DNA from: an uncultured Hormoscilla sp.
GTDB taxonomy: Bacteria; Cyanobacteriota; Cyanobacteriia; Cyanobacteriales; Desertifilaceae
DNA length: 64,000 bases
NCBI GenBank assembly: GCA_963921275.4
Contig: OZ001293.3
Span: forward strand, 512,001-576,000
Direction of reading: 5' to 3'
Each line of letters opens with the position of its first letter. Position 1 is the first letter of the stretch. The position numbers and the translations under genes are program-made. Under the pieces are notes generated by a model. It did no database searches and was not told where the DNA came from. It was given only the letters and a program-made list of their open reading frames with translations. Positions 20,080 through 30,414 of the stretch are shown piece after piece.

Positions 20080-22252
20080 TCATTCGTAAAACTGGATTAT
20101 TTCCCCAAAATTTGCTTCACCGTATTCCACCCAGGCGATACAATTTCCGACGGCGTCGTACAATTCGATCGTATCTCCATGATTGCGCAAACTCATCGAG
20201 TCCGTGCGATTCGTTCTAGCCTAACGTGGTCAAACACGGAACGCTAGCCCGGTTTCATTAGCCAGGAACTCTGACCGCATGGGGGTTAAATTCCCCTCCC
20301 CCCAGGTACGGGGGTGACACCGGTCCTCGGTGCTACGAAGCGACATCATCGTGGTGCTAAGCGAGGACTCAAATGTAGGATAACTGGCAGCCTAAGCCGG
20401 TGACGCCGCTAGGAAAGATATCCAAGGTTAGAGCAGGCAAACATGTGCAAGCCTCGTTATAAGGAACCAGCGAAATAAGGCTATATGCGCTGGCCTAAAA
20501 AGGAAATGGTAGCTAGTATTAGTTTTAGACTCTGGCTAATATAGTACTCAAATAGCTCCCGGGGTATAGTGTGGACCTAAAGGTATCGCGAAATGTTGTT
20601 AGGGAACGAAGTAACCTCTCGTGTGCTGTCCATCAGGACAAGTTAGATGTTAAGCGCAAGCCACGGGGGGAGGGATGGCCCAAGAAGCGAATGCCCGGGG
20701 TAATTCCTGGGATAACATCTACAGTAATGTAGATGATGCTGGGTAGCCAGCGCTGACGTGGGTCGGTGATACTAGGAAGCTGCTGGAATGAGTAATCCTA
20801 AAAAGCCACGGAACTAATCCGAAACGCAAGTGGAGGATAAGGTATGGATAACTGGTAAAACTGACTTGAAAATGGTGATACTAACGGTTATCAGAACAAC
20901 CACTCGCTAAACCAGGAAAGGGAAGAAAAGACAGGCGGCAAGGGCTAACGGAAGTAATTCCTATTAAGTCTACCTATGAAAAGGGCCTAGTACCCAGTAG
21001 CCGGATGCGGTGAAAATCGCAAGTCCGGTTCCTCAAGGGAGGGTCGGGAAGCGATTCCCGGCTCGACCCCATCCAGACTCGATCTAGTCACCCGAAACCG
21101 CTTCACTTCCCCGGAGGCGATCGCGCCATCAAGTGGTTCCGCCCCACTATAGCTATCGCGCATTTCCCAACCTGTCAAGTCGATCGCTTCGGAACTAATA
21201 TTTTTCAACTCCACCCATTCCTTACCTTCATCCCGCCCGCGAGGGTCTGGTAAAGCCGCATAGATGGCGATCGGGCCATTTTTCTTTCCGAGCGTGCTAT
21301 CCGATCGTAGCACGCGGGGCACATTTCCCATAAATATCGGGAAAAACGAGCGAATATAAACACCTTTGCTGCCATCTAGTTCCGTATTTCTCAACAGCAC
21401 TAACTTATAATTAGCATCATCAAGGGTCGTGCGCTGACTATCCTCTCTCAGCATACCACACAAGCTTTCATAATACATCACCGTCCCCATTGCTATTTCG
21501 CATTCCGGACTCGTGCCCACAAAGAACCCACTCTCTTCCTTAAACAGTTTTGCGATCTGGTTTACCTGCTTATCCGCGTAATTCCACTCCATCTGTAACG
21601 TGACCATCCTAGGATTTTTCGCCCCCGCGTCTCCTTGCCGATAATACTTATAACCCCAATAATTTACTCGCTTCTTTTTCTCATCCAGGTAAAATTTAAT
21701 CCACGAATGATACCCCGATACTTTTCCCTGACTTACCTCCTCCCTGAATCCTTGATAATACCTGCCTTCCCCCACAAATGTATGTTCAAACCCCGACGCA
21801 TATTCAGTCCCATTTCCATAGTAATAGTTAGTATAGGGCTGAAACCAAATTTGGTACAACTTTTCTCGAAATTATAACTCCGATAGGTTAATCCTCAAGT
21901 CCTTGCCGATGTAATCAAAGGCGATCGCCATCGGTTCCGTTGCCACGATCGCATCCATAAACTCATTAATTTCCCTCGCTTCTGCCTCCGTCATCTCCTC
22001 CGTTCCTCTGGTGCTGATCACATAATTATCCAAAAGTCTCATAAAACTTTTATAAGTTGGCCCGCCAAACTTCTCCTCATTTACCCGATAGAAGAGAGGA
22101 CGATCTGCCAGAGTGCGATCGCCCGAAGCTTGCACCTGTTCGTCCAGGAGAATATCAGCATTTTCATTCTCCCATTCTCCCGACTCCTTGCGAGATGATA
22201 CGGATAATTGATTGCGATCTCCGTCCCAAAGCCTTTGATAAATATCGCTCAT
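20080..22252 (-). pseudogene. EndoU/XendoU-family endoribonuclease fused to a lamin-tail-like domain; internal TAA (21872) and antisense intron
   Basis: SGFEHTFVGE...GYHSWIKFYLDE motif; EWVELKN..S..IDLTGW; after intron removal SL|DSMSLRNHGDTIELYD...FYE* is in frame. Confidence 0.8.
20204..21074 (+). ncRNA. ORF-less group II intron, 871-nt family copy 1
   Basis: GTGCG start; DV AGCCGGATGCGGTGAAAATCGCAAGTCCGGTTC; ends TCGACCCCATCC. Confidence 0.93.
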
Positions 22253-22347
22253 TCATCCAACCTCCTAAGCAATTCACAACTGACAACTAACAACTGACAA
22301 CATCCAAATCTAGTAGAATCGATGGTGGGCAATGCCCACCCTACATG

Positions 22348-23370
22348 CTAACGAAACATGCTGCTGACCGAACTATCCTCATGGATACGCCAGATCGTCT
22401 CCCCGAGCAAATTAGCTACCGAAAGTACAGTTAGTTGTGCAAACCGTTTTTCCTGTGGCACTGGAATAGTATTAGTCACGATCACCTCTTCAAACACAAC
22501 GCTAGAGAGGCGTTCAATTGCTGGAGGGGAAAAGACAGCATGAGTCGCACAGGCATAAACCTGACGTGCCCCCACTTCCCGCAGCATCCTAGCACCTTCA
22601 CTGATTGTACCAGCGGTATCAATCATATCGTCTACCAAAACAGCAGTTTTTCCCTTTACATCCCCAATCACATTTAAAACTTCCGCCACATTGTGAGATT
22701 GGCGTCGCTTATCAATGATTGCCAGAGGTGCATCATCTAGCTTTTTAGCAAAAGCTCTCGCTCTTGCTACCCCACCCACATCCGGGGAAACCACTACAAT
22801 ATCAGATAGTTGCTTGCTAGCCAGATAATCCAGCAGGACGGGAGAGCCGTAGACATGGTCGAAAGGAATATCAAAATAGCCCTGGATCTGGGCTGAGTGC
22901 AAATCCATCGCCAGAACTCTACTGGCTCCAGCTTCTACAATCAGATTCGCCACTAGCTTAGCAGTAATCGATTCCCGCCCAGCCGTTTTGCGATCGGCCC
23001 TAGCATAGCCATAATAGGGCAGCACCGCCGTAATCTGACGCGCCGAAGCCCTACGGCTAGCATCAATCATAATCAGCAATTCCATCAAGTAGTCGTTGAC
23101 TGGAGAGCAACTTGGCTGTATTAGGTAGACATCGCAGCCTCGGATTGATTCTTGAATTTGCACGTAAATCTCGCCATCGGCAAAGCGTTTGCGAATCATC
23201 GGTCCCAAATCTAAGCCCAGGTAGCGAGCCACCTCTTGAGACAGAGGAACATTAGCCGAGCCAGAAAACAGCCGCAGACGGTTATTATCGCTAATGGTTG
23301 GTATAGTCGGCGGCATAGTCAAGGTTGCAGAACGGATCACAATAGTGCCTCGAAGCGCATTCATCGCCAT
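22348..23370 (-). CDS. prs: ribose-phosphate pyrophosphokinase
   Basis: FADGE, PYYGYARADRK, VSPDVGG, VDDMIDTAGT. Confidence 0.96.
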   Translation of the reverse strand: MAMNALRGTIVIRSATLTMPPTIPTISDNNRLRLFSGSANVPLSQEVARYLGLDLGPMIRKRFADGEIYVQIQESIRGCDVYLIQPSCSPVNDYLMELLIMIDASRRASARQITAVLPYYGYARADRKTAGRESITAKLVANLIVEAGASRVLAMDLHSAQIQGYFDIPFDHVYGSPVLLDYLASKQLSDIVVVSPDVGGVARARAFAKKLDDAPLAIIDKRRQSHNVAEVLNVIGDVKGKTAVLVDDMIDTAGTISEGARMLREVGARQVYACATHAVFSPPAIERLSSVVFEEVIVTNTIPVPQEKRFAQLTVLSVANLLGETIWRIHEDSSVSSMFR

Positions 23371-23537
23371 CTTATCATGCTCGCTCTTATAACATGCTCT
23401 CTGATTTTTCTGATATTTTTATATTTATGTGAAGCGCACCGGTTACAATTATTCAATATTTCTTAAGAGTTGTGAACTGCTGCCCGCTAACTTTGTCTAG
23501 CATATGCATGTCATATTTTTACGCTAAGGATCGGCTT

Positions 23538-23996
23538 ATGAGTCTGAAAGACCGCATCACAGAGGACATCAAAACGGCTATGAAGTCCAAGGATAAAGTC
23601 CGTCTGGAGACAGTCCGCAGCATTAAAAAGCTGCTATTGGAAAAGGAAGTCAGCGTCCGCCCTCAAGGTCAAGAGGCCCTGACGGAAGCCCAAGAACTGG
23701 AAGTGCTGGCCCAGCTAGCTAAACAACGGCGGGAGTCGATCGCACAATACCGCCAAGCGGGCCGCGAGGACTTGGTGGCACAAGAATCTCAGGAACTGGC
23801 AATCATCGAGGAGTATCTACCGCGCCAGCTGTCTGATGAGGAGGTGGCTGCCATTATCGATGAGATTATTGCCCAGGTGGGTGCTAGTTCTCCGAAAGAT
23901 ATGGGCAAGGTGATGGGACAGGCAATGCAGCAACTGAAGGGTCAAGCGGATGGCAAGAAGGTACAACAGTTGGTGAAAGCTAAGTTGGGGGGCTGA
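23538..23996 (+). CDS. GatB/YqeY domain protein
   Basis: MSLKDRI..D.K.AMK, KQRRESI..Y, DMGKVMG. Confidence 0.9.
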   Translation: MSLKDRITEDIKTAMKSKDKVRLETVRSIKKLLLEKEVSVRPQGQEALTEAQELEVLAQLAKQRRESIAQYRQAGREDLVAQESQELAIIEEYLPRQLSDEEVAAIIDEIIAQVGASSPKDMGKVMGQAMQQLKGQADGKKVQQLVKAKLGG

Positions 23997-24176
23997 GTTC
24001 CTTCCCCTTGCCCGGGCCAGTTAGCACCAGTTGGCAATCTCGACTTTCGATCCGTTGTATGTTACTCTGAATGGTCAGGGATGGCGATCGCCCGTTCGGC
24101 ACCAGACTGGCGATTGCCATCCCCCCACCCCTATGGCGGTGGGGCTACTCGAATATCACCCGCCTTACCTATTTAT

Positions 24177-26080
24177 ATGTTCAAGTTCAAAAAAATCCTC
24201 GCGCTTATCGGTCAAACAGCTTTAATCGGTTTAATCTCATTAGGATTGACAGAAATCGCCTTCCGAGTATACAATAAAATTAACCCCAGTTTTATTTTCT
24301 ACGATCGGTCATACAATCGCTTTCGCGGCAAACCCAAGGCCCTGGACTATGATTTCACCTTAAACTCAAAGGGGTTTAAGGATGTTGAATTTAACCAGAA
24401 AAAATCTTCAGGTATATACCGCATATTAGGGATAGGCGATTCCTTTGCTTATGGAGTGGTTTCGTATCAGTACAATTACTATACTCGCGTAGAATAAAAA
24501 CTGAATCAACGAGAGAAAAAATTTGAAATCATTAATATGGGGATTCCCAACTTGGGGCCGAAAGATTATCTCTCAATTTTGGTGAATGAAGGATTGGAAT
24601 TAAATCCAGATATGGCGATCGTCAGTTTTTTCATTGGCAATGATTTTTCCGATATGCAACCTACCAGAAGCCTATATTCATATGTAGCCTCATTTATTAA
24701 GTTTGCGATCGACCTGCAGAAAAGCTATGAAGGACGGCAGATTCACGGAAATATGGTATATGAAGATGACCGACCGAGTATGGAGGCAGAAAAATTTTTG
24801 GAAATCCAAATCAACAGAAGCTATATTCACCTAAAGCAAAATGAATATTTCGAGAATCAGCTCAAGTCAGCAGTCAGTTATTTAAGCAAAATCAAGGAAA
24901 TATGTGATGCCAAAAATATTGATTTTTTGGTAGTAATAATTCCTGACGAGTTACAAGTAAACGAAAAATTGCAATCTCAAGTAATTCAAGCATTAGAATC
25001 TCATCCAGATAATTTTGATTTTACACTACCAAATCGATTGTTGTCTCGGGAACTGGAAAGTGAAAAGATTGAATATCTAGACATGTTAAGTGAGTTGAAG
25101 TCGGTTTCTCAATCGAAAAGAGTTTGTGCGATTCGTTCTAGCCTAACGTGGTCAAACACGGAACGCTAGCCCGGTTTCATTAGCCGGGAACTCTGACCGC
25201 ATGGGGGTTAAATTCCCCTCCCCCCAGGTACGGGGGTGACACCGGTCCTCGGTGCTACGAAGCGACATCATCGTGGTGCTAAGCGAGGACTCAAATGTAG
25301 GATAACTGGCAGCCTAAGCCGGTGACGCCGCTAGGAAAGATATCCAAGGTTAGAGCAGGCAAACATGTGCAAGCCTCGTTATAAGGAACCAGCGAAATAA
25401 GGCTATATGCGCTGGCCTAAAAAGGAAATGGTAGCTAGTATTAGTTTTAGACTCTGGCTAATATAGTACTCAAATAGCTCCCGGGGTATAGTGTGGACCT
25501 AAAGGTATCGCGAAATGTTGTTAGGGAACGAAGTAACCTCTCGTGTGCTGTCCATCAGGACAAGTTAGATGTTAAGCGCAAGCCACGGGGGGAGGGATGG
25601 CCCAAGAAGCGAATGCCCGGGGTAATTCCTGGGATAACATCTACAGTAATGTAGATGATGCTGGGTAGCCAGCGCTGACGTGGGTCGGTGATACTAGGAA
25701 GCTGCTGGAATGAGTAATCCTAAAAAGCCACGGAACTAATCCGAAACGCAAGTGGAGGATAAGGTATGGATAACTGGTAAAACTGACTTGAAAATGGTGA
25801 TACTAACGGTTATCAGAACAACCACTCGCTAAACCAGGAAAGGGAAGAAAAGACAGGCGGCAAGGGCTAACGGAAGTAATTCCTATTAAGTCTACCTATG
25901 AAAAGGGCCTAGTACCCAGTAGCCGGATGCGGTGAAAATCGCAAGTCCGGTTCCTCAAGGGAGGGTCGGGAAGCGATTCCCGGCTCGACCCCATCCACAA
26001 ACCTCAAGATACCCACTGGAATATTGCCGGAAACGAGTTGGCAGCAGAAATGATTTATAATATCTATCAGAGAATGCCGA
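24177..26080 (+). pseudogene. SGNH/GDSL hydrolase-like protein with internal TAA (24495) and a sense-strand intron
   Basis: RILGIGDSF, GND; splicing restores RV-Y-KPQDTHWNIAGN (DxH motif); 3' end approximate. Confidence 0.8.
25126..25996 (+). ncRNA. ORF-less group II intron, 871-nt family copy 2
   Basis: Near-identical to copy 1; flanks GAGTTT|...|ACAAACC. Confidence 0.93.
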
Positions 26081-26083
26081 ATT

Positions 26084-26779
26084 ATGAATACATTATTGAT
26101 TACGGGAACGGATACGGATGCTGGTAAGACTGTGCTGACAACTTGTCTTGCTGCTTACTGGCAAACCTATTATCCCGATCGCAGTTGGGGAATAATGAAA
26201 CCAATTCAGGCGGGAAAGGGCGATCGGGAACTATACAGGGAGTTATTTTCCCTAGACTTATCCCCAGAAGAGATAACACCGCTATATTTCCAGACGCCAG
26301 TAGCCCCACCCATAGCGGCCCAGCGAGAAGGAAAACTGATAGAATTGGCAAAAGTATGGCAGACATTTAACAGCCTGCAACAGAAAAAAGATTGGTTGTT
26401 AGTGGAAGCCTTAGGAGGGTTAGGTTCTCCGGTAACGGAGGAACTGACAGTGGCAGATATAGCGAGAGATTGGCGGTTACCGGTGGCCTTAGTGGTGCCA
26501 GTCAAGCTAGGGGCGATCGGGCAAGCGGTGGCCAACGTTGCCCTAGCCCGCCAGTGCGAGATTGAGATCGAAGGTATAGTCTTGAATTGTATCAACCCAT
26601 GTTCGGACGAACAACTTGCGGACTGGACACCCATTGACCTAATTGAGTCTCTAACCTACAGGCCAGTTTTAGGAATTTTACCTCATCTGGCGGACCCCAA
26701 GGACTTAACAAAACTAGCTCAAGTTGCCTCAAATCTAGATTTAGAAAGATTGCTTCGGGGTTCGTATTCGGGTTCGTAG
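26084..26779 (+). CDS. bioD: dethiobiotin synthase
   Basis: ITGTDTDAGKT, KPIQ, VEALGG. Confidence 0.93.
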   Translation: MNTLLITGTDTDAGKTVLTTCLAAYWQTYYPDRSWGIMKPIQAGKGDRELYRELFSLDLSPEEITPLYFQTPVAPPIAAQREGKLIELAKVWQTFNSLQQKKDWLLVEALGGLGSPVTEELTVADIARDWRLPVALVVPVKLGAIGQAVANVALARQCEIEIEGIVLNCINPCSDEQLADWTPIDLIESLTYRPVLGILPHLADPKDLTKLAQVASNLDLERLLRGSYSGS

Positions 26780-27068
26780 TAAGCACAAAGCGTGCTTCGG
26801 GGTTCGTATTCGGGTTCGTAGTAAGCACAAAGCGTGCTTCCGGATCGCAAGGACTAAAGTCCTTACTAGGAACTATTTTAAATTAACAATACAAAACTAG
26901 CTCAAGTTGCCTCAAATCTAGATTTAGAAAGATTGCTTCGGGGTTCGTATTCGGGTTCGTGGTAAGCACAAAGCGTGCTTCGGGGATTCGGGTTTGTAGT
27001 AAGCACAAAGCGTGCTTTCGGATCGCAAGGACTTTAGTCATTACTAGGAACTATTTTTAATTAACAAT
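26708..27068. repeat. ~180-bp tandem duplication spanning the 3' ends of convergent bioD and sbcD
   Basis: 26708-26890 matches 26891-27068; includes GTTCGTAGTAAGCAC...GTGCTT REP-like units also seen at 4208 and 45092. Confidence 0.8.
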
Positions 27069-28318
27069 TGCTGGACAAACTCGTAAATATTTTCTACAGG
27101 TTGGTTATTGAGTACCCGATCTTTTATATCGATCAGGGCTTTAGCAAACTCGGGTGCCTTTTGACTATAATAGACATTAGCCGCTAGCAAATCTTCAAAC
27201 ACCTGGAGTTCAATTTCAGACTTGGTGGGGGCCCGGTCGCCCGCCAGCATAGGCGTTTCATACTCAGTACCAGTAGCATCATACTTGAGTAAAAATATCA
27301 GCGCCTCGCACTCGCGATGCAGCTGCTGTCGGAGCGATCGCACGTTCAGGTCAAGGCGATTAAACCCCAACTGACCGAAGATGCGCAACTCGACGATCGC
27401 CTGTTGAGTTTTCCCTTGCTGAGCGACTGCTTGCACCTTTGCTAGAGCCGCTGCTTCCAATTCTACCAGAGTTTGCTGCTTATTTACTTCTAAGTTGAGG
27501 CGCAAGATCGATCGCTGATAATAATCTTGTTTCAACTGGGCGTTAATTCCCCGTTTGTCTATCTCCACCAGATAGACTCCCCGTGGGTTTTGCCCTTGAC
27601 TTTCCGCAATGCTATTAGCCTCTACGGAACCGGGATTAAAAATCCAACCTTCTGCAGTATAATGCTTGTGGATGTGACCCAGAGCCAGATAATCTACACC
27701 CGCATCTTTGAGTGGTAATAAATCTTGGTAGCGCAAGGCCCCTTCATAACGGGCAATCTGACCCTCTAACCCGTGATGAAATATCATGACAGTATGCTGG
27801 GGGCTCCCAGGCAACTGCCCGATTGCCGCTGCCAGTTGGGCGATCGCCTGGGGGGCCGCCGCACCGTACCACCGAGAGCCCAGAACCCGCACCCCGCAAT
27901 CTAAATCTATATAGCCACCAGTTTTCGTCTCTGGCGTCCACAGGTCATAAATTGCAGCGATCTCAATAGCAGCTTCATTAGGTTCGAGCAAAATCAACTT
28001 TTCCCAATCTGCCAGATAGCGCAGCCAGCTACTTTTGGTACCATAGGGCTGGTTATCGTGATTTCCTTCAATGGCCAACACAGGAATACCCGCTTCCTTG
28101 AGCATATCTAGACAGACCTGGGCATGATTGAGGGTAGCTGGCAGAATCTGCCGATGTTCAAACAAGTCACCAGCAATCAGCACAAAATCCACCGCTTCCC
28201 CCACAGCGTACTTTTCCAAAGCATCCTGAAATGCCAGAAAAAAGTCTTTCGTCCGCTCAGCATTATCGTAGCGGTCAAAACCCAGATGCACATCGGCCAC
28301 ATGTAGAAATCGGGGCAT
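27044..28318 (-). CDS. sbcD: SbcD/Mre11-family DNA repair exonuclease
   Basis: ADVHLG, AGDLF, GNHD, LGHIH, NPGS. Confidence 0.88.
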   Translation of the reverse strand: MPRFLHVADVHLGFDRYDNAERTKDFFLAFQDALEKYAVGEAVDFVLIAGDLFEHRQILPATLNHAQVCLDMLKEAGIPVLAIEGNHDNQPYGTKSSWLRYLADWEKLILLEPNEAAIEIAAIYDLWTPETKTGGYIDLDCGVRVLGSRWYGAAAPQAIAQLAAAIGQLPGSPQHTVMIFHHGLEGQIARYEGALRYQDLLPLKDAGVDYLALGHIHKHYTAEGWIFNPGSVEANSIAESQGQNPRGVYLVEIDKRGINAQLKQDYYQRSILRLNLEVNKQQTLVELEAAALAKVQAVAQQGKTQQAIVELRIFGQLGFNRLDLNVRSLRQQLHRECEALIFLLKYDATGTEYETPMLAGDRAPTKSEIELQVFEDLLAANVYYSQKAPEFAKALIDIKDRVLNNQPVENIYEFVQQLLIKNSS

Positions 28319-28733
28319 AATTAATTCAAAATTCAAAATTATTAACCCTATAAATAACGTTTTTTATCCTGTCCGATTAAATACCCATCCATAAAATTTT
28401 ATCACCTGTAGGTTTGGTTGAGGCACGAAACCAAACCTGTTATTGGGTAACGCGAGACATTGGTGAAGTTTTAAAAATTTTATGGGTAATTACCCACACA
28501 TGATATTATTTGTTAGTTGTTAGTATAATAATGCTATCACAGAACACAGTAACAAAATCTTATAATGTAATCTAGCCCGCCTGCGCGGGCGAAAGTTTGT
28601 CTAGCCCCACCCCTCGTTCCCACGGCTCTGCCTGGGAACGGTTGAGGGCCTGGTAGCTAATAATTGATTAGATCGTGATAGTTCTGCTTACATACGCCTA
28701 AAATCCGCTTGTCGTTCTCACTCACTGAGGGAC

Positions 28734-29840
28734 TTAGCTGGCGATATATTCCCGCACGATCGAGCGATGGCGACGCAGGTGGTTAATTGCTTGACGCTCT
28801 AGCTGGCGTACCCGTTCGCGACTGAGACCCATGCGTTGGCCCACCTGGGAGAGGGACAGTTCGTAACCATCTACCAGACCAAAGCGCAAGCTCAGAACTT
28901 CCCGTTGCTGGGGAGTCAGATCTGCCAAGAGTTGATTTATGTCTTGGCGCAGAGATTCCTGAGTCGTGTAGATCTCGGGGGAAATCCCGTCATCTTCCAG
29001 CAGGTCGGCCAATTCCGTGTCCTGGTTATCCCCAACCCGGATATCCAGAGAAATAGGTTGACGTGATATAGTCAGGTATTCCCGGATTTGACTCGGTTCT
29101 AATTGCAGTGCTTCGCCAATCTCAGCGGGAGTAGCTGATCGACCCAGTTTCTGGGAGAGTTCCCGCTGCATTTTCTTGATCTTATTGAGCTTTTCGGTAA
29201 TGTGGATCGGTAACCTTATGGTTCTAGCTTGCTGGGAGATCGCCCGGGTGATTGCTTGACGAATCCACCAGTAGGCGTAGGTGGAAAACTTATAGCCCCG
29301 AGTCGGGTCAAATTTTTCCACACCTCGTTCTAGACCTAGGGTTCCTTCCTGGATCAGGTCCAGAAATTCCATGTTCCGCTTCTGGTACTTCTTGGCGATC
29401 GCCACTACCAGGCGCAGATTTGCTTCGATCATCTTTTGCTTGGCCCGCTGGCCCTGCTGCATTACCTCATCGACGTCCTCCTGCTCGGAGAGCATCCCCT
29501 TTTCTTTGAGCGCCCCCACCCACTCCTCTTTACTCGCCGTGCGCTCCAGTTTTTCTTCCAGAGCAACCTTCTCCATCAGCATCCACATCATTTGCTGCAC
29601 CTGCTTCCCGTAGACAATTTCTTGCTCGTGATTCAGCAGCGGAACCCGACCGATTTCATGCAGGTAGATCCGGACTATGTCAGTGGTGTACATGGGTTTT
29701 TTGGCCGCCTTGCGAGTGGTGGTTTTTGTTTTGCTTTTTGTTTTTGCTTTTGCTTTTGCCATAGCTGCCCACTCGTCCTCCGTAACACCGTTTGTAAATA
29801 CTTCCATATTCCCTACCTTGCTTAGTAGACCTGGCATCAT
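28734..29840 (-). CDS. RpoD-family group 2 sigma factor
   Basis: YLHEIGRVPLL, ANLRLVVAIAKKY, GYKFSTYAYWWIRQAI; start codon uncertain. Confidence 0.92.
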   Translation of the reverse strand: MMPGLLSKVGNMEVFTNGVTEDEWAAMAKAKAKTKSKTKTTTRKAAKKPMYTTDIVRIYLHEIGRVPLLNHEQEIVYGKQVQQMMWMLMEKVALEEKLERTASKEEWVGALKEKGMLSEQEDVDEVMQQGQRAKQKMIEANLRLVVAIAKKYQKRNMEFLDLIQEGTLGLERGVEKFDPTRGYKFSTYAYWWIRQAITRAISQQARTIRLPIHITEKLNKIKKMQRELSQKLGRSATPAEIGEALQLEPSQIREYLTISRQPISLDIRVGDNQDTELADLLEDDGISPEIYTTQESLRQDINQLLADLTPQQREVLSLRFGLVDGYELSLSQVGQRMGLSRERVRQLERQAINHLRRHRSIVREYIAS

Positions 29841-30414
29841 AGATGCTTCTTTATATCTTTATGTTTCCCTGTTTTTCCGGATAAATCACAGGTTGTCCAT
29901 TTTTTCTATGGCTGCGCCACGCTGCGCGATCGGACCCCTGATCCCTTTAATCACCTCTGATTTCCCCCACTGGCTGCGACCATCTCATACTCCGGAGCGA
30001 GTTTGATTTATTTTTATCCTAATCCGGATATTTCGATCTAAACTGTGACCGGGGTCATCCGTTTTTTTGAGCTGGTGGCATTAATTTTTACCGCCATAAT
30101 TGCCTTACTTCCCGAATGTTATACCTACTTCTATGATGCCCCACCCACTGCCAGATGACCCTTTGCAGCCAATAGAGAAAACCGAACTTGTTTGAGATTA
30201 CTTGCTCTGGAAAGTCATCCTCCTAGTAGCGTCTTTTACCTACATCGCTCTTAGTACCCCACTAATAATGAATACAGTTTGAATCTAATATATTCTACAT
30301 TGGGGAAAAAATCAACCTCCTTCAGGCCAAGAAAATAAACAATCATGTATGGCCTGTATTATATCATAATCAGCAGCGTAGGACAAGTCTCGCCTGTCCG
30401 TGCCGGTGGGCAAA

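Noticed and set aside
21073..21074. Terminal CC of the 871-nt element as a 2-bp target-site duplication of a DNA transposon
   Set aside because: The CC is present even where the left flank ends in TT (25125) or CG (55781); there are no TIRs; DV/DVI and the EBS1 match identify a group II intron.
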